Of a stretch of 64,000 nt of DNA, positions 62,467 to 64,000 are shown in pieces. How positions within the stretch are numbered: the stretch's first letter is position 1; every line of letters starts with the position of its first letter. Below the pieces are notes generated by a model that was given only the letters and a program-made list of their open reading frames with translations, was not told the origin of the DNA and ran no database searches. Made by a program: the position numbers and the translations under genes. The DNA is from an uncultured Erysipelotrichaceae bacterium (GTDB taxonomy: Bacteria > Bacillota_I > Bacilli_A > Erysipelotrichales > Erysipelotrichaceae): NCBI GenBank assembly GCA_964615295.1, contig CAZTNF010000001.1, forward strand, positions 16,983-80,982, in the 5' to 3' direction.

Positions 62467-63447
62467 ATGGACAAAAAGAATGAAACTCAAGAAGTATCTT
62501 CCTCCAACGAAAAAACGCTTTCTAGTGAAAAGCTAGAGGCTATACAAAATGAAGCACAACAGGAATTAACCAATAAGCCTTTGATGAAGGAAGACTCGAC
62601 CCAACCTCTTCAAGAGAATGACACTTCAAATTCTAAAGAAGACTCTACCCCTTACCAAGACCAGACTACTTCACCAATGGATGAGCCTTTATTTGCCACT
62701 GTAGATGGAGAGAAAGTTGAAGAAACTATTTTGGATAGTGATGAGACAGAAGATGATCCTAGTCAAGAGCTACTTCATGGAGTCGAAGAAGCGATCAAGG
62801 AAGAAGAAGTGACGGCTCTGGAAGCCCAACTTGAAGGTATTGACGATACTATTCGCTCGCTGATGTCGAAGTATAAACTGACGATGTATATCTTAGTGGC
62901 CTCCATCGTTGTTTATTTGTTGTTTTTGTTTGTCTTTCGTCCCACTTGGGCGACCTATGTGGTGATTGCGACTTGCATCATCATGCTGGTTTTAGCAGTC
63001 GTAAATACAAGAATTTCAAAAAAAATTCAACAACTCGCTGTTACTCGTAAAACGGTACGGCAATCCTTAGAGAAACTCAAAACAAATGGAGAAGACGAAA
63101 AAGAACCTTCAGTGGAAGAAATTAAAGAAGAAGCTATTGTAGCCAATGCTACCTCCATGAATGACTTACCCAAACAATATACTGTATTAGATGATGTTCA
63201 ATTTCAGGATGGAAAAATAGCCCCCCATGTCGTGGTTTCTCCTTATGGTATCGCTGTAGTGGGCGATCCTAACCTAAAAGATGAAATTCAAGCTGATTTA
63301 GATATTTTGGAGATTTCGTCTCCCATTTTCTTTTACGATCCCACTACCGATGTGGCTACATTAGTTGAAAACATTCAAATGGAAAAACAAATCGTTTTAA
63401 ATGAAGAACAAATTTACACCTTACTAAAAGAATTTGTGGGCCTTTAA
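62467..63447 (+). CDS. Hypothetical membrane protein with acidic N-terminus
   Basis: AAGGAG RBS; 326 aa; two central TM helices; small C-terminal alpha/beta domain. Confidence 0.8.
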   Translation: MDKKNETQEVSSSNEKTLSSEKLEAIQNEAQQELTNKPLMKEDSTQPLQENDTSNSKEDSTPYQDQTTSPMDEPLFATVDGEKVEETILDSDETEDDPSQELLHGVEEAIKEEEVTALEAQLEGIDDTIRSLMSKYKLTMYILVASIVVYLLFLFVFRPTWATYVVIATCIIMLVLAVVNTRISKKIQQLAVTRKTVRQSLEKLKTNGEDEKEPSVEEIKEEAIVANATSMNDLPKQYTVLDDVQFQDGKIAPHVVVSPYGIAVVGDPNLKDEIQADLDILEISSPIFFYDPTTDVATLVENIQMEKQIVLNEEQIYTLLKEFVGL

Positions 63448-63456
63448 GATATCTTA

Positions 63457-63503
63457 AAAAGCACAAACGCGATAAAGCCTAGCTTTTATCGCGTTTGTTT
63501 TTT
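63457..63503. terminator. Bidirectional terminator
   Basis: ACAAACGCGATAAAG...CTTTTATCGCGTTTGT plus T-tract. Confidence 0.75.
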
Positions 63504-63553
63504 CTTACCATATTAAGAAGAGCCAAAAATTCAGTCTTTTAAGCTGGAGAAGG

Positions 63554-64000
63554 TTAGGGTTTACGGGGATAAGGCCAATAAGGAAGATCTCGATCAGCTT
63601 GATGTAAAAAGACACGGACAGTAGCGGAAGAAATTTTATCTGCAATGCCTTGTTTAGGAATCTCTTCCGCCAACAAGGCTGAAGTCCAATACGGCGCCTC
63701 ATAGCCATACTTAGCCGGATTTTGGCAGGCTAAGTCAATGATTTGTTCGATTTGTTCAGGTGTAAAGCGGGAGGGTTTGCCAGGGCCTGGTCTATCGGCT
63801 AACAAAAAAATGATTTCTTCTTGCAAGCCACCTTTCAATTCCTCGACTTCACGTAAGTGTGGTAAGGCTTCTAAAAAGCGATTACGCCAAATACCTACAC
63901 GAATGGGATGCAAGTCAACTTGCGGACCAATATCACGATTGAGAACCCCCTGAGAAGAAAGCAACACAATTTTGGCACGCTTCGCAATGCCTGAAGGGAG
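63554..64000 (-). mobile_element. IS630-family transposase remnant (N-terminal HTH only; runs off window)
   Basis: KRAKIVLL, WRNRF, DRPGPGKP, IIDLAC..P, WTSALLA, ISSATVR; stop at 63554 with no DDE domain downstream. Confidence 0.75.

Overview
AT-rich Firmicute chromosome segment; the gene content and protein style suggest Erysipelotrichaceae (inference). From left to right it holds: the end of a mannose-family PTS operon, interrupted by an intact four-gene Wadjet (jetD-A-B-C, type III-like) anti-plasmid operon; a ROK kinase, SWIM protein, GH36 alpha-galactosidase, MATE, mntP, glpK, LCP, lysozyme-like and AI-2E genes; an acyl-CoA dehydrogenase/ETF-alpha/triple-rubredoxin fusion flanked by two thioredoxins; a sucrose PTS operon; comEA-comEC; CIRCE-preceded ftsH; aroB-aroC-aroA-tyrA with divergent pheA and an aminotransferase; a malQ homologue lacking its nucleophile Asp; a MerR regulator, lon, hrcA-grpE-dnaK-dnaJ plus a second J protein; and an IS630 remnant. 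The most notable signal missed by the ORF track is a family of decayed IscB/omegaRNA (IS200/IS605 OMEGA) elements. Two ~560-bp copies end exactly at the ATGAA start codons of glpK and tyrA, in frame with those genes. An older fragment is stacked in tandem at glpK, and fainter possible relics precede other ATGAA starts (ftsH, acyl-CoA dehydrogenase). All family assignments come from motif recognition by eye; no searches were run.
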